From the IMG/VR virus record IMGVR_UViG_3300046694_000587: a stretch of 64,000 bases of DNA; one strand, given 5' to 3'. This document shows, one piece after another, positions 37,636-47,360 of this stretch (position 1 is its first letter; each line of letters begins with the position of its first letter). Under the pieces are notes generated by a model. That model was not told the DNA's origin. It saw only the letters and a program-made list of their open reading frames with translations, and did not search any database. Origin of the DNA: a virus (lineage: Duplodnaviria > Heunggongvirae > Uroviricota > Caudoviricetes). The position numbers and the translations under genes are program-made.

Positions 37636-37976
37636 TCGTCCTCTGCGGTCTTGCGCACGTCAGCCATAGACTTGTTTGCGGGCTTCACGCCGTCGAAAGT
37701 GAAGCCGCTCTTCTTTAATGTGGAAGACATGAGGCTCTCGTTGAGCTGGGAACCCGTCGGCATATCCAGATAAACCTTGCCGCACACCAGTCGCGGCTCA
37801 ATGTCCGTCGCGCCTGCAATGGTTTTGAGCTTCGCTTTCATCTCCGCGCTGCACAGCGAACAATTGAGGCCGGTAACGGCCATCTCCATCGTGGTCGACG
37901 GCGTCGGCGAAGCTGTGGCGGCTGTGATGAGCGAGGCGCCAGCGACAAGCGCCAGCGCGAGGTATGTCTTCTTCAT
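37629..37976 (-). CDS. periplasmic heavy-metal-associated (MerP-like) protein
   Basis: signal peptide; HMA-like GLNCSLC. Confidence 0.4.
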   Translation of the reverse strand: MKKTYLALALVAGASLITAATASPTPSTTMEMAVTGLNCSLCSAEMKAKLKTIAGATDIEPRLVCGKVYLDMPTGSQLNESLMSSTLKKSGFTFDGVKPANKSMADVRKTAEDDC

Positions 37977-38039
37977 GGTATTGCGCAAAAAGTAGCGGCC
38001 AGACCGCTGGAAATCAGTATAGGCAGAATGGCGGTTGCA

Positions 38040-38756
38040 TCACCCCTGGATGACGGCATCCGGGTCTAGGCGTTCAGTCTGCGCGAGGACCTTGTTGAAG
38101 TTCGCGCTCGACGCTTCGACAAACTCCGCCTCGGCACCCAGCTGACCACGCAGATGATGATAGCGATTGAGGAAAAGCCCCTTGGCCTGCTCCGGGGTGA
38201 GTCGATATGGGCGCGGCATCACTGCACGCATGGCGGCCGTCACCGGCGCGAGGCACGGCCAGTCTTCATCGTCCGGCGGCATGATGACTTCCGATTCAAC
38301 CGCGAGTGCCGTCAGGTCGCCAAGCTTCACGCGCGGGTCTTCCATCAGCTCCATCGTGAGACCGAAAGCTTCACCGACCACTGCCTGGATACGGTCTTCG
38401 ACGTCCGCGAGCAGCTGAAGCACGACGCCGAATTCCTGCGACACCATGGCCTGGATGTCGCGGGCCTTGATGCCGAGCTTGAAAAATGCCTTCAACGGCG
38501 CCGAAATGTCACCGAAATAGGCTTCGTGCGCGTCGTGCATCAGCCCGCCAAACTGGATGATGGGCGGCTCGCCCGTCAACTCGAGATACCGGGACACCGC
38601 TACGCTATGCTGCGCGACCGAGTAACCGTATTCGGCGTGACCCGTGTAACGATTGAGGTGGGCGAGCGCGTGCGCGACGTCGTCGAGCACGACCATATGG
38701 GGCTGCGGATTGGAGAAATCGAACTTACGACCGCTGTGCGTCAGAATGTAAGACAT
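38040..38756 (-). CDS. HD-domain phosphohydrolase (YfbR-like 5'-deoxynucleotidase)
   Basis: VAQHS...LMHDAHEAYFGDISAP. Confidence 0.65.
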   Translation of the reverse strand: MSYILTHSGRKFDFSNPQPHMVVLDDVAHALAHLNRYTGHAEYGYSVAQHSVAVSRYLELTGEPPIIQFGGLMHDAHEAYFGDISAPLKAFFKLGIKARDIQAMVSQEFGVVLQLLADVEDRIQAVVGEAFGLTMELMEDPRVKLGDLTALAVESEVIMPPDDEDWPCLAPVTAAMRAVMPRPYRLTPEQAKGLFLNRYHHLRGQLGAEAEFVEASSANFNKVLAQTERLDPDAVIQG

Positions 38757-38780
38757 GAATACGTCCTTCTCGTTATATCG

Positions 38781-39263
38781 TTAATTCGTGGATTCGGACT
38801 CGAAGCGTCCGTAGGTCCGCCGAGTGCGCCTGACCGCTTCGTGCAGGGTATCGTGCAAACTATCGAAGACCGGAATGTTGTAGCGCGCGGCGAGAGCTTT
38901 CAGATAGCCCATCTTCTTCGCCGAGGGTGGCGCGCCGAGAACCAGCTTGCCGCTCGTAGCCAGAAGGCCAAATTCAACGTTGGTTGTAAATGCGGGCATG
39001 TCCACCAGGTCGCGCGGAACCCAGAACACGACTATGGTCGCGCGGTTGAGCGCCTCCCATTCCCACGAAACCTGATGGTCGTATTCGTTGTGGGGCTTAC
39101 CATCCTCCGACTCAGGAACGTACACCGTCCCATCAAAATGGAGCACATCCCGAAGCAACCTGACCGCGGCCGGGCGCCAGCTCTCCACCGTCATAGACCG
39201 CGGCGTCGGCCCGGCAAGGAAAAGCGCCTTCGGCAGCGGTTGCAGCGCGTAAGTAACGTTCAC
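38781..39263 (-). CDS. nucleoside 2-deoxyribosyltransferase/Rcl(DNPH1)-like dNMP N-glycosidase family
   Basis: FLAGP motif near the N-terminus; ~160 aa. Confidence 0.45.
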   Translation of the reverse strand: MNVTYALQPLPKALFLAGPTPRSMTVESWRPAAVRLLRDVLHFDGTVYVPESEDGKPHNEYDHQVSWEWEALNRATIVVFWVPRDLVDMPAFTTNVEFGLLATSGKLVLGAPPSAKKMGYLKALAARYNIPVFDSLHDTLHEAVRRTRRTYGRFESESTN

Positions 39264-39339
39264 AATGTAAGTCCTCGAGGGTCACAATAGACCAATGCAC
39301 CTTTCTACACTATACGCATGATACCTTTTTTCGTGAAAC

Positions 39340-39855
39340 TTGGCAATGCACGCTTTTCTTGGTGAACTATTCGACAGCGTTCCGGCCGGCGCGTACTGGA
39401 CGTACGGGCTCCTGTTTTTACTCACCTTCGTGCTTGTGCGCAGCGCGTTGCATCCAACCGTCTTCGCGCTCATCGCCTGGCCGGGCACGCTGGCGCATGA
39501 GCTCAGCCACGCCACTGTCGGTTTTGTGCTGGGCGCGCGGCCGGCCTCGATGTCGCTCTGGCCGAAATCGCTTGGCGGAGGCCGCTGGCAGCTGGGATAC
39601 GTTGAGTTCACCAATCTCAAATGGTGGAGCGCTCCGTGGACCGCGCTCGCACCCATGCTGCTGGCGCCGCTCTCACTGGGGCTTACGCTGTTCTGGGCAT
39701 ACCCAGCATGGGTCTCTGGCAACCTGGCTTCCGCCGCGCTTGCGCTCTACGTTTGCTCAACCCTTTTGCAGGCGTCCTGGCCCAGCACCAAGGATTTCGA
39801 GGTCGCGTTCCCGGGGCTTGTTGTAATTGGGCTGGTAATTGCCTGGCTGTGGTAG
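39340..39855 (+). CDS. small membrane protein with HExxH motif (putative zincin-like)
   Basis: LAHELSHATVG; 4-5 TM segments. Confidence 0.45.
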   Translation: MAMHAFLGELFDSVPAGAYWTYGLLFLLTFVLVRSALHPTVFALIAWPGTLAHELSHATVGFVLGARPASMSLWPKSLGGGRWQLGYVEFTNLKWWSAPWTALAPMLLAPLSLGLTLFWAYPAWVSGNLASAALALYVCSTLLQASWPSTKDFEVAFPGLVVIGLVIAWLW

Positions 39856-39913
39856 TCCCGTCCCTATACTGTGGAATGCCTATCGGGCCCTTGTGGCCCG
39901 CCTGAGAGATAAC

Positions 39914-40306
39914 ATGAACCTCGTCGACTACACCCATCCCGGCCGCGTGCCGCGGCTTTACCTGCCTGACGACCGCCGCTCGCCGAACTACTACGTTCGG
40001 CTGGATGAGCTGCCAGTGGGGCATCCTTACTACTCGATTCACTGGCCGCTGTTTCGCCACCCGGAGTGGCTTGAGGGCGGCTCCGCGTGGCTCCAGTCGA
40101 GAGCCATCTACGAAGACTTGCAGCGCGTTGCGAACTCCAAGGGCATCGACGTAACGCTGCTGCGCCCGGTAGTCGGCAGTGACGACCCGGGCTTTGACGA
40201 AGCCCTGGCGCAGGCGCTGCGCACCTTTGACCTGCGGCCGATGGTGGCCGAAGTCGTGCCGCGCTCGGTAACCACGCAGTCCGCCAAACATTCCGCAGGA
40301 GCCTGA
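39914..40306 (+). CDS. hypothetical protein (130 aa)
   Basis: CTATAC at 39864 upstream. Confidence 0.4.
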   Translation: MNLVDYTHPGRVPRLYLPDDRRSPNYYVRLDELPVGHPYYSIHWPLFRHPEWLEGGSAWLQSRAIYEDLQRVANSKGIDVTLLRPVVGSDDPGFDEALAQALRTFDLRPMVAEVVPRSVTTQSAKHSAGA

Positions 40307-40307
40307 C

Positions 40308-41648
40308 ATGTTCATTTCTCAAACGGCATCCGCCAGCGAAATCATGGAGCAGTTCCGGGAAAGCCGCCTTCACGCGCTGTCCGACCGTGAGCATGACCAG
40401 GAGCTCATGCGCGAAAAACTGCGGGACTCGGCCGTCCAGCTTCGCGAGCCAAGCCATCGCCCCAGCACGTCGCCCGCAAGCACGTCGCAGCCCTCGTTCA
40501 AGGTCGGCGATGCGCCCGGTTTCGTTTATGTTGCCGAAGCCGGGGAGCGGCCGGGACTGGGGAACCTGTCGGAAAAGGATGCCGAGACCTTCTTTCAGCA
40601 CATGAAGGAAGCTGCCTCAAAGCCCGATGTGGCATCCCGCGACGTCAGCATTGGCAAGGCAGCCAAGGCTGTGGCCGTTGACTGGCTCACCAAGCACGGA
40701 CTGATGCATAAGCACCACGGGCTCGTGGACAACGCCTTGCACGAGACCCGCGCGCAGGTCGCGTTCGCCTCGCGCGAAATCGGACAGAAGCTCGGACTCA
40801 ATCCGGTGGAATCGCAGCTGATGGGCTATTCCCTTGAGCGCGCGTTCGAAAAGGAAGGGTTCAAGGTCCTGGCCAATCACGCCATCGACAAGTCGGTCGA
40901 CATCTTCAGGGCAACGGCTTCCTCGATTGCTACGGCCGCGGGCATGCGCCACTCTGCGGAGTCAACACTCAGCAAGTCCCTGAACTGGATGGCGTCGCAC
41001 GGCGTGACCCGCGAAGCGCTCAAGGACGTGATGGCCAAGCATTCCGGCAAGTTTTCCGTCATTGCAGAAGCCGCTGAGCGCCCCGAGATTCTCCACCGAG
41101 TCGTGTACGCGCTCACCAAGTCCGACAAGCTCATGGACGGCGTGATGGCGATAACCAAGGACAGCGAGCTGCGCAAATCAGTCGGCACGCTTGCCCTGGC
41201 TGCCGGCGAGGACATCGCCAGCGTCAACAAGACGACCGGGTCTATCGCCATTCTGGCCGGCTCGGCGCTGCGCGGTGACTCTGCCGAGGAAATGGGGCGA
41301 CACGCCTTCCGGGCCGGCATGGCGGTACTCGGAGGCATGGTGGGCGGCGCAATGGGTGGTGGCTTTCTCAGCGTAGTGGGGGGTATCGCCGGCGCAGAGC
41401 TTGGCAGCCGGGTCGCAGACAAGGTGCTCGACCTCTACGACCAGCATATGGGCAAGGGGCCGCACGCACAGGAACACACCGTGTCACGAGACGACCTCCG
41501 GCAAAGCACCGGCCTCGTCGCCGAACGGGTGGTCGACAAGCTGCACGAGGCCGAGACTCACGGCAAGCTTCCGGGTATGGCCGCAACCCGCGAGCGCGAG
41601 ATGGAGCGCGACTACTCCATGGTCAAACCGATGCTCGGCAAAACTTGA
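40308..41648 (+). CDS. hypothetical protein with Gly-rich hydrophobic C-terminal segment
   Basis: 446 aa; terminator ~41698-41720. Confidence 0.45.
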   Translation: MFISQTASASEIMEQFRESRLHALSDREHDQELMREKLRDSAVQLREPSHRPSTSPASTSQPSFKVGDAPGFVYVAEAGERPGLGNLSEKDAETFFQHMKEAASKPDVASRDVSIGKAAKAVAVDWLTKHGLMHKHHGLVDNALHETRAQVAFASREIGQKLGLNPVESQLMGYSLERAFEKEGFKVLANHAIDKSVDIFRATASSIATAAGMRHSAESTLSKSLNWMASHGVTREALKDVMAKHSGKFSVIAEAAERPEILHRVVYALTKSDKLMDGVMAITKDSELRKSVGTLALAAGEDIASVNKTTGSIAILAGSALRGDSAEEMGRHAFRAGMAVLGGMVGGAMGGGFLSVVGGIAGAELGSRVADKVLDLYDQHMGKGPHAQEHTVSRDDLRQSTGLVAERVVDKLHEAETHGKLPGMAATREREMERDYSMVKPMLGKT

Positions 41649-41844
41649 CGGCCTCCCGGCCGGTATGCCGGACTTCACGCGCAATCAGGTAACGCAAAAG
41701 CCCCACGAAGGGCTTTTGTACTTCTGGCGCGGGCGCCCCTTCCCGAATCAAGGACTTGACCGAATAAGCATTTCACGAGATACTATCGGCACTGAAACCA
41801 GTTTTTACCATATCGTGAACTCCATCTACGAGCCGCATGCGTGC

Positions 41845-42501
41845 TCAACGCACCCCGTACGTGCGCAGAAAACTCAAATCGAGCGTCCAGGTCTTCTGCG
41901 ACAGCTCTTCCTGGCGACGCTCCACCTTAACCAGTTCGCTCGCCAGCGTGTCCTCATCCCAGTCGTTCAGCCACATCAGGCGCTCGAGCACCTGCGGCAG
42001 CCGGCCGATACGGTTGGCATAGCCCAGATGCTTCGCCTTATGGCAGGTCGGACAGAGGCACATCAAACCCCTGAGCGTCTGCACCCCGGTCTTTTCATCA
42101 AACTTCCAGGACTCGTGCGCTTCGACATGCGGCTCGCCGCGTGAGCCGCAGGCCATGCAGGTGTTACCCGCGGCCTGGTAGCAGAACTTGCGCAATCGGT
42201 CCCATTCCGCTTCGGTAAGCACCGTGCGCAGGTTGGCTTCCCAGCTCGTGGTAGGAAGCATGTCGGGCAGCAGGACGGGCAGTGGCGGCTCGCCACGATA
42301 TTGCCATTTTCGTGGCAGCCATTCCTCGAAGTCGGTCAGATAGGCGGTCGACGGCAAATGATAGCCGCGGAACTCCGTGTAGCGCCCGCCAGCCTTCAGG
42401 AAGCGCTGGGCATCCCAGTACGGAACGCAGCACGGAATGAACTCTTCGCCGCGAGGCGGGGCTGTCATTGGGGTGTATCGCGTCGGTCGAGTGTTTCGCA
42501 T
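41845..42501 (-). CDS. HNH-like/zinc-ribbon nuclease family protein
   Basis: CMACGSRGEPHVEAHESW...LMCLCPTCHKAKH. Confidence 0.4.
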   Translation of the reverse strand: MRNTRPTRYTPMTAPPRGEEFIPCCVPYWDAQRFLKAGGRYTEFRGYHLPSTAYLTDFEEWLPRKWQYRGEPPLPVLLPDMLPTTSWEANLRTVLTEAEWDRLRKFCYQAAGNTCMACGSRGEPHVEAHESWKFDEKTGVQTLRGLMCLCPTCHKAKHLGYANRIGRLPQVLERLMWLNDWDEDTLASELVKVERRQEELSQKTWTLDLSFLRTYGVR

Positions 42502-42707
42502 GGCGTATTCCGAAAAAGAATCCTGGCAAAGCCAGGATTTGGGGACAGTGCTCAGCTTTCTTGCAACGAACACCGAGCTTCTACGTATAGCTCGAAACGG
42601 ACTGCGCGGTGGTTCTTCAATTTGCACTATACGTTCCTGTAGGCACATACAGCGAGTCGCGCCTCCGCGCGCTCGAGTTCAAAGTTAACTAAAGTGAAGG
42701 AAATATC

Positions 42708-44207
42708 ATGACGCTCAAATGGTTCGATAACACGGCTGAACTGATGGCATTGGCTGGCGAAACGCCGGGTACGAATGTGTTCCCGCTGTATTCCGGTCCT
42801 TTTCCGCTCGTGCACGACACGTTGAATCCGGATAACACCCCGGGTCCGCGCCAGGATGTCGAACTGGTCAATGCACGCATCTACCAGGTGAAGGTCGGCG
42901 ACGACGAATACGCTGCGGTGGCTCTTTGCCGAATGGTCGACGAGCTCGCAGCTGATGGCGTTACTGTCACCGGCACCAAGCCTCAATGGACGATGTACTG
43001 CGGTGACAAGCAGGTGTCCGGCGAATACACCGGTGATGGTAAGACCTTGGCCGCCAAGCTTCGCAAGGAAGGCAAGGTCAACATGTCGGTGGCGAATGCA
43101 GTCGAAGCTTCCGAATGGGTCGGCAAGATTAAGACTCTGTCGAACTGCGGATTTTTCCGCATTCTCAAGCGGGGTCTGGAGCAAACTCCTCCGGTCGTCA
43201 AATTCTGCGGGCACACGAAAGCAGCTCTGGCGAACACCCCCGTCGCTGATTTGGACGGGATGGTCGACGAGCTGAAGGACTGGCTCTCAGGTGCGGCAGG
43301 CAGTGTATCGGCAGTAACGGGTCCGCTGTCGCCGGAAGAGGAGCAGTTCTACGACGCAGCATTCATCCAGCACGTGTTGCTTGCTGGTGAACGTGGTGCC
43401 GGCAAGTCCTATCTGGCCCGTCAGGCAGCGGACAAGTTCGACGCCGTGTATCTGGAAATGCAGATGCACCCGTCGATGGAAGCGTGGGAATTTCGTGCAC
43501 ACGACCGGGTTTGGAACGGGAAGGTGTACACGGTGATGGGCAAGCTGGCGGAAGCCGTTTACTGGATTAAGAAGGGACATAAGGTCGTGCTCTGCATGGA
43601 CGAGTTCCTGAACATGAATCCGGTTCACCAGACTGCTATCAACACACCGCTCACGCTGACGGCGAACGATACCTATCTCATTCAAACAGGCGCAATCATC
43701 GACCTGGGCGACGGAATTGGTCAGCTCGAGACGGAAGAAGTGCCGGCCGACATGTTGTGGGTTGTGGCGACGTCGAACATTGGCGCACGTTACGGTCTGG
43801 ACAAGATTGCACCGTCGGTGCGGGCTCGTTTCCAAATCATCCTGATGAATACCAACCCGGCGCGTACGAAGACGATTCTCGAAAAGAATCTGGCTAACTA
43901 CGAAATGCCGATGGATTTGGCAGAGATGTTCAAGAAGTTCATCGAAGCGGCCAACCAGGCCGTTGCGCAGAACGAATTGGACGAGGAAGCGACAACCCGT
44001 CTGGCGTGTAACGTCATCCGTGCATGTCACCTTCGCAAGAAGCGTGACAAGAAGAAGATTGAGACGCTGAAGCAGTGGCTGCCGGAAATCAAGAAGCAGC
44101 TGCTCAACGAAATTGCCCAGGTGGTGAACTTCGAGTTGGGTCCGTTGGACACCGACCAGGAAGAACGCTACAAGGCACTCGTCGAGACCAGCTTCCGCGT
44201 CCGGTAA
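42708..44207 (+). CDS. MoxR/CobS-like AAA+ ATPase with N-terminal extension
   Basis: Walker A LLAGERGAGKS, Walker B VVLCMDEF, sensor ATSN. Confidence 0.75.
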   Translation: MTLKWFDNTAELMALAGETPGTNVFPLYSGPFPLVHDTLNPDNTPGPRQDVELVNARIYQVKVGDDEYAAVALCRMVDELAADGVTVTGTKPQWTMYCGDKQVSGEYTGDGKTLAAKLRKEGKVNMSVANAVEASEWVGKIKTLSNCGFFRILKRGLEQTPPVVKFCGHTKAALANTPVADLDGMVDELKDWLSGAAGSVSAVTGPLSPEEEQFYDAAFIQHVLLAGERGAGKSYLARQAADKFDAVYLEMQMHPSMEAWEFRAHDRVWNGKVYTVMGKLAEAVYWIKKGHKVVLCMDEFLNMNPVHQTAINTPLTLTANDTYLIQTGAIIDLGDGIGQLETEEVPADMLWVVATSNIGARYGLDKIAPSVRARFQIILMNTNPARTKTILEKNLANYEMPMDLAEMFKKFIEAANQAVAQNELDEEATTRLACNVIRACHLRKKRDKKKIETLKQWLPEIKKQLLNEIAQVVNFELGPLDTDQEERYKALVETSFRVR

Positions 44208-44323
44208 GCAGTACTGCAACTCCTATCTCCCGGGCACCTGCCTGGGAGATTTTCCCAAGAACTGGCTGTTAAGCGGCCTCGTTCGAGGATTGCTTGCGGT
44301 ATTGATTACGAACGGAGACTGAT

Positions 44324-46375
44324 ATGTCGAGTGGATTTTTGTTGGCTGAAGCACTGTCTGAAGTGCTGCGTAAGCCGTATCACAAGGGTGATGTCAACAT
44401 CTCGGTTAACTACCTGGTGGAAGGCGTCAAGATTGGCGAGTATCGGGTCATGCTCAAGCGCGACTTCGATACCGCATGCTGGGTGCCGCCGGTTGGCAAA
44501 CGGGCTTCACACTCCATTTACTACGGTGACCGCATGGTTGCCCGCGTGATGGAGCGCTTTGTCAGGCTGAATGAAATCAAGATGCCGGAGAAGTCGGAAT
44601 TTGTCTCCGAAGTCAAGACCAAAGTCGCCGAAGAGAAAGCAGCTCGCAAGCTTGCCGCGGAAGCAGCCGAAGCTGAAGCCGCGACGGCCGCCGTGCCCGG
44701 AAAGAAGAAGAAGCGTGTCAAGCTTCCTCCCGTCAATCCGATGCATGGGGCCACGCGTGTCCTGGATGCGCAGCTGAAGTGGCTGCGTGATAACTGCCCG
44801 CAAGAGACCTGGGAACTGTTCCTCGAATGGCTGCAGAAGGCTGTGATTTCCTATGGACGTCACGAACGCGGTCACGCCCGGAACACACCTCAGGACATGA
44901 AGCAGGTCAATCGCGACCTGCGGACCCTGGGTATCCCGTTCACGTACTGGAATCTGTTTGAAGACGCGCGCATGGAACACATCGAGCGGAACGTTACCGG
45001 TCCGTTCGACTGGATGATGTTTGAGGACCTGGCTCCGGCCGATGGTCCTTTCAACATGTTCCTGCGATGCATCCAGCTCGAAGCTGCCGCCGACGTTGGC
45101 GCACTGGAGAGCGAGGAGCCTTACGCGAAAGACCCCACGCGCACGATTGGGCACATTGCCGAATCGGTGGAGTCCTACTACAAACGGGCACTGGCGTGCA
45201 CCACAGCTGACCACCTGTATCCCGTTATTACCGAGTTCCTGGAGGAATTCAAGGACGACCTCCCGCCGCCGGAACCTCCTAGCGGAGAAGAAGGCGAGGA
45301 AGGTGGTAGTGGCGGCAGCGGTGGTTCTTCGAGCTCTGGGAAGGGCAAGAAGGGTGGCAGCAAAGGCAAGCCGGGCAGCGGTGAAGACGAAGAGGATGAC
45401 GACGACTATAACGGTGCCGGCGAACGTGCTGGTGACCTGTCAACGGCTGCTGAAGCTGCGGACAAAGGCGACGAATTCTTCGAAGACTTCGACAAGGATG
45501 CGGACATCGTCGGCGGCACTGACGCTGAAGGCAAGGCTGCTGAAGAAGGTGCGAAGGAAAAGCTCAAGGGCGACGGCAAGGCTCCCCCGCCGAAAGGCAA
45601 TGGTGGCGCTGGGCTCGGTACTGCGGGCTCTATCGCTCCGACGGCATCAGGCGGCGCAGCATCCGAGCGTTACTTTCTGACCAACGAGGCCGGAGAGATG
45701 GATGAGGCCTACCGCAACCGTGTCGAACACCTCACGGGGATGCTGATGCGCATGTTCAAGGCTCACACGCTACCCATGGCCGTCGAATCAGAAGGCGAGC
45801 GCATGTCGGGTCGCCACCTTGCGCGCGGCGAATATCGCTGGATAAAGAAGCGGGTGTTCGGAGGCAAGGGAAAACGCAAGTATTCCATTGTGTTCGATTG
45901 CTCGGGTTCTATGAGCATGTTCGGCGGACGGCCTCAACGTGAAGGGAAGCTGCTGTTGCTGGCCCTGAACGAACTGGCAAAGCGTGGCTACCTCGAAGGC
46001 ACGCTTGTGTTGTCAGGCTGGGTAGGCCATTCCCCTGGCTGGTTGACCTACGATTTCCCGGTGAAGGACGAGATAATCCTGCGGATTCATCCTCATCATT
46101 CGTCGGAAGGTCTCCAGGCTGCGCTGAAGGATAATCTGGCCCGCATCAAGGGCATGGATGACGTGTTCGTGATGACAGACGCGAACATCTGCGATAGTCC
46201 TATCGACCGCGAATTTTTTGCCAAGCAGCGCATCTGGCCGGTTGGCCTGTATGTGGGGCCGCAAGAAGTCGCCGGTGAATTGATGGCGGAGCACTTCCCG
46301 CAGAACATCATTCGCGACACCATCGAACAGGTGGTCGAAGCAATGCTGACGCGGAACCGTCGCACGGTAGGCTAA
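44324..46375 (+). CDS. CobT-like vWA protein with acidic/Gly-Ser low-complexity region
   Basis: acidic stretch EEGEEGGSGGSGG...EDEEDDDDY; C-terminal vWA with MIDAS IVFDCSGSMS. Confidence 0.7.
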   Translation: MSSGFLLAEALSEVLRKPYHKGDVNISVNYLVEGVKIGEYRVMLKRDFDTACWVPPVGKRASHSIYYGDRMVARVMERFVRLNEIKMPEKSEFVSEVKTKVAEEKAARKLAAEAAEAEAATAAVPGKKKKRVKLPPVNPMHGATRVLDAQLKWLRDNCPQETWELFLEWLQKAVISYGRHERGHARNTPQDMKQVNRDLRTLGIPFTYWNLFEDARMEHIERNVTGPFDWMMFEDLAPADGPFNMFLRCIQLEAAADVGALESEEPYAKDPTRTIGHIAESVESYYKRALACTTADHLYPVITEFLEEFKDDLPPPEPPSGEEGEEGGSGGSGGSSSSGKGKKGGSKGKPGSGEDEEDDDDYNGAGERAGDLSTAAEAADKGDEFFEDFDKDADIVGGTDAEGKAAEEGAKEKLKGDGKAPPPKGNGGAGLGTAGSIAPTASGGAASERYFLTNEAGEMDEAYRNRVEHLTGMLMRMFKAHTLPMAVESEGERMSGRHLARGEYRWIKKRVFGGKGKRKYSIVFDCSGSMSMFGGRPQREGKLLLLALNELAKRGYLEGTLVLSGWVGHSPGWLTYDFPVKDEIILRIHPHHSSEGLQAALKDNLARIKGMDDVFVMTDANICDSPIDREFFAKQRIWPVGLYVGPQEVAGELMAEHFPQNIIRDTIEQVVEAMLTRNRRTVG

Positions 46376-46474
46376 TCCGAAAGGGACCGGAGCAATCCGG
46401 TCCCCGCAGGACGCACTGAGGCAAAGCATGTGGCCTACGCTCGAATCATGAGCAACGGCAAAAGACTCAACCTC

Positions 46475-46508
46475 GAGCCACCCTTGTAAGGGTGGCTTTT
46501 CTTTTGGC
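46475..46508 (+). terminator. rho-independent terminator
   Basis: AGCCACCC-ttgtaa-GGGTGGCTTTTCTTTT. Confidence 0.6.
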
Positions 46509-46523
46509 TGTTCGCACATCAGG

Positions 46524-46745
46524 CTACGCGGTCGCCAGGCGATAGGTTCGGCTTTCGCTGACCAGCCAGCCGGGCAATCCTCCCGCGCGCGCAACCAGTA
46601 CCTCCGCCGTACCATCGAAATCAACCAGACCAAGATGCCCGCGCCAGCTGAGCACGCGTGCGCCCGCCGCTTCCACCCGGCGTCGCACCTCGGCGTGTTC
46701 GACCTGGCCCGCCTGCCGTTCCACCAATACATATTGCATCGCCAT
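46524..46745 (-). CDS. possible small protein (73 aa)
   Basis: ORF only; no clear promoter motif. Confidence 0.2.
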   Translation of the reverse strand: MAMQYVLVERQAGQVEHAEVRRRVEAAGARVLSWRGHLGLVDFDGTAEVLVARAGGLPGWLVSESRTYRLATA

Positions 46746-46868
46746 CTCTCTGTGTTTCGGGAGCCCACAACGGGCATCCCCTATTTATGGAAATGGCAGC
46801 GACATCGAAAAACCGGCAAATGATTTTCAAAATATTTGTCATCGAGCTATACCGTGACTTCCTAACTC

Positions 46869-47360
46869 ATGAAATTCGATACAGGTATGCGCGCGCTCGG
46901 CGAACTTAAACAGGTGGTTCGGTTCGCCCTTACGGCCGGCCTGGCAACTGCAGTGCATCTCACCATCGCAGAAGCACTCACACTTGCGCGAATCGCGCCA
47001 TCCTCATTTGTCGCAAACGCAGTTGCATTTGGGCCCGCAGTCATCGTGTCCTATCTGGCGCAGCGTCGATTTACGTTTCGCAGCCAGGGCAGCGCAGCTC
47101 GCTTCCTCGCGCTCGCGCTTGCCGGTTTCGCGCTGAACAACGTTGTGCTGCTGGGGGTAACCCATCAAGGCGTTCCTGCTGCGCTCGGGCTGCTTTTATC
47201 AGGAGTCGCGAGCCCCGCGCTCTCCTACATCGGAAGTCGGCAACTGGTGTTCGCACAAAAGAAAAGGCTCGCCGAATGCAGCGAGCCTTTGAGTCAATCT
47301 AAGTCGAAAGACAAGCCCACCGAAGCGGGCTTGAGACGGATGCTGACGTTGCGGGGTTAG
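46869..47360 (+). CDS. GtrA-like small membrane protein
   Basis: four TM helices; VVRFALTAGLATAVHL. Confidence 0.5.
   Translation: MKFDTGMRALGELKQVVRFALTAGLATAVHLTIAEALTLARIAPSSFVANAVAFGPAVIVSYLAQRRFTFRSQGSAARFLALALAGFALNNVVLLGVTHQGVPAALGLLLSGVASPALSYIGSRQLVFAQKKRLAECSEPLSQSKSKDKPTEAGLRRMLTLRG

Noticed and set aside
36071-37976. Mercury-resistance (mer) operon
   Set aside because: No MerA (no pyridine-nucleotide disulfide oxidoreductase with the redox CC pair) and no MerR. The adjacent FAD enzyme is a monooxygenase-type protein, and the MerP-like motif is non-canonical.
46013-46777. 254-aa minus ORF spanning the CobT 3' end and the intergenic terminator
   Set aside because: Crosses a rho-independent terminator and overlaps the CobT coding sequence. 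It has biased composition and no start signals.
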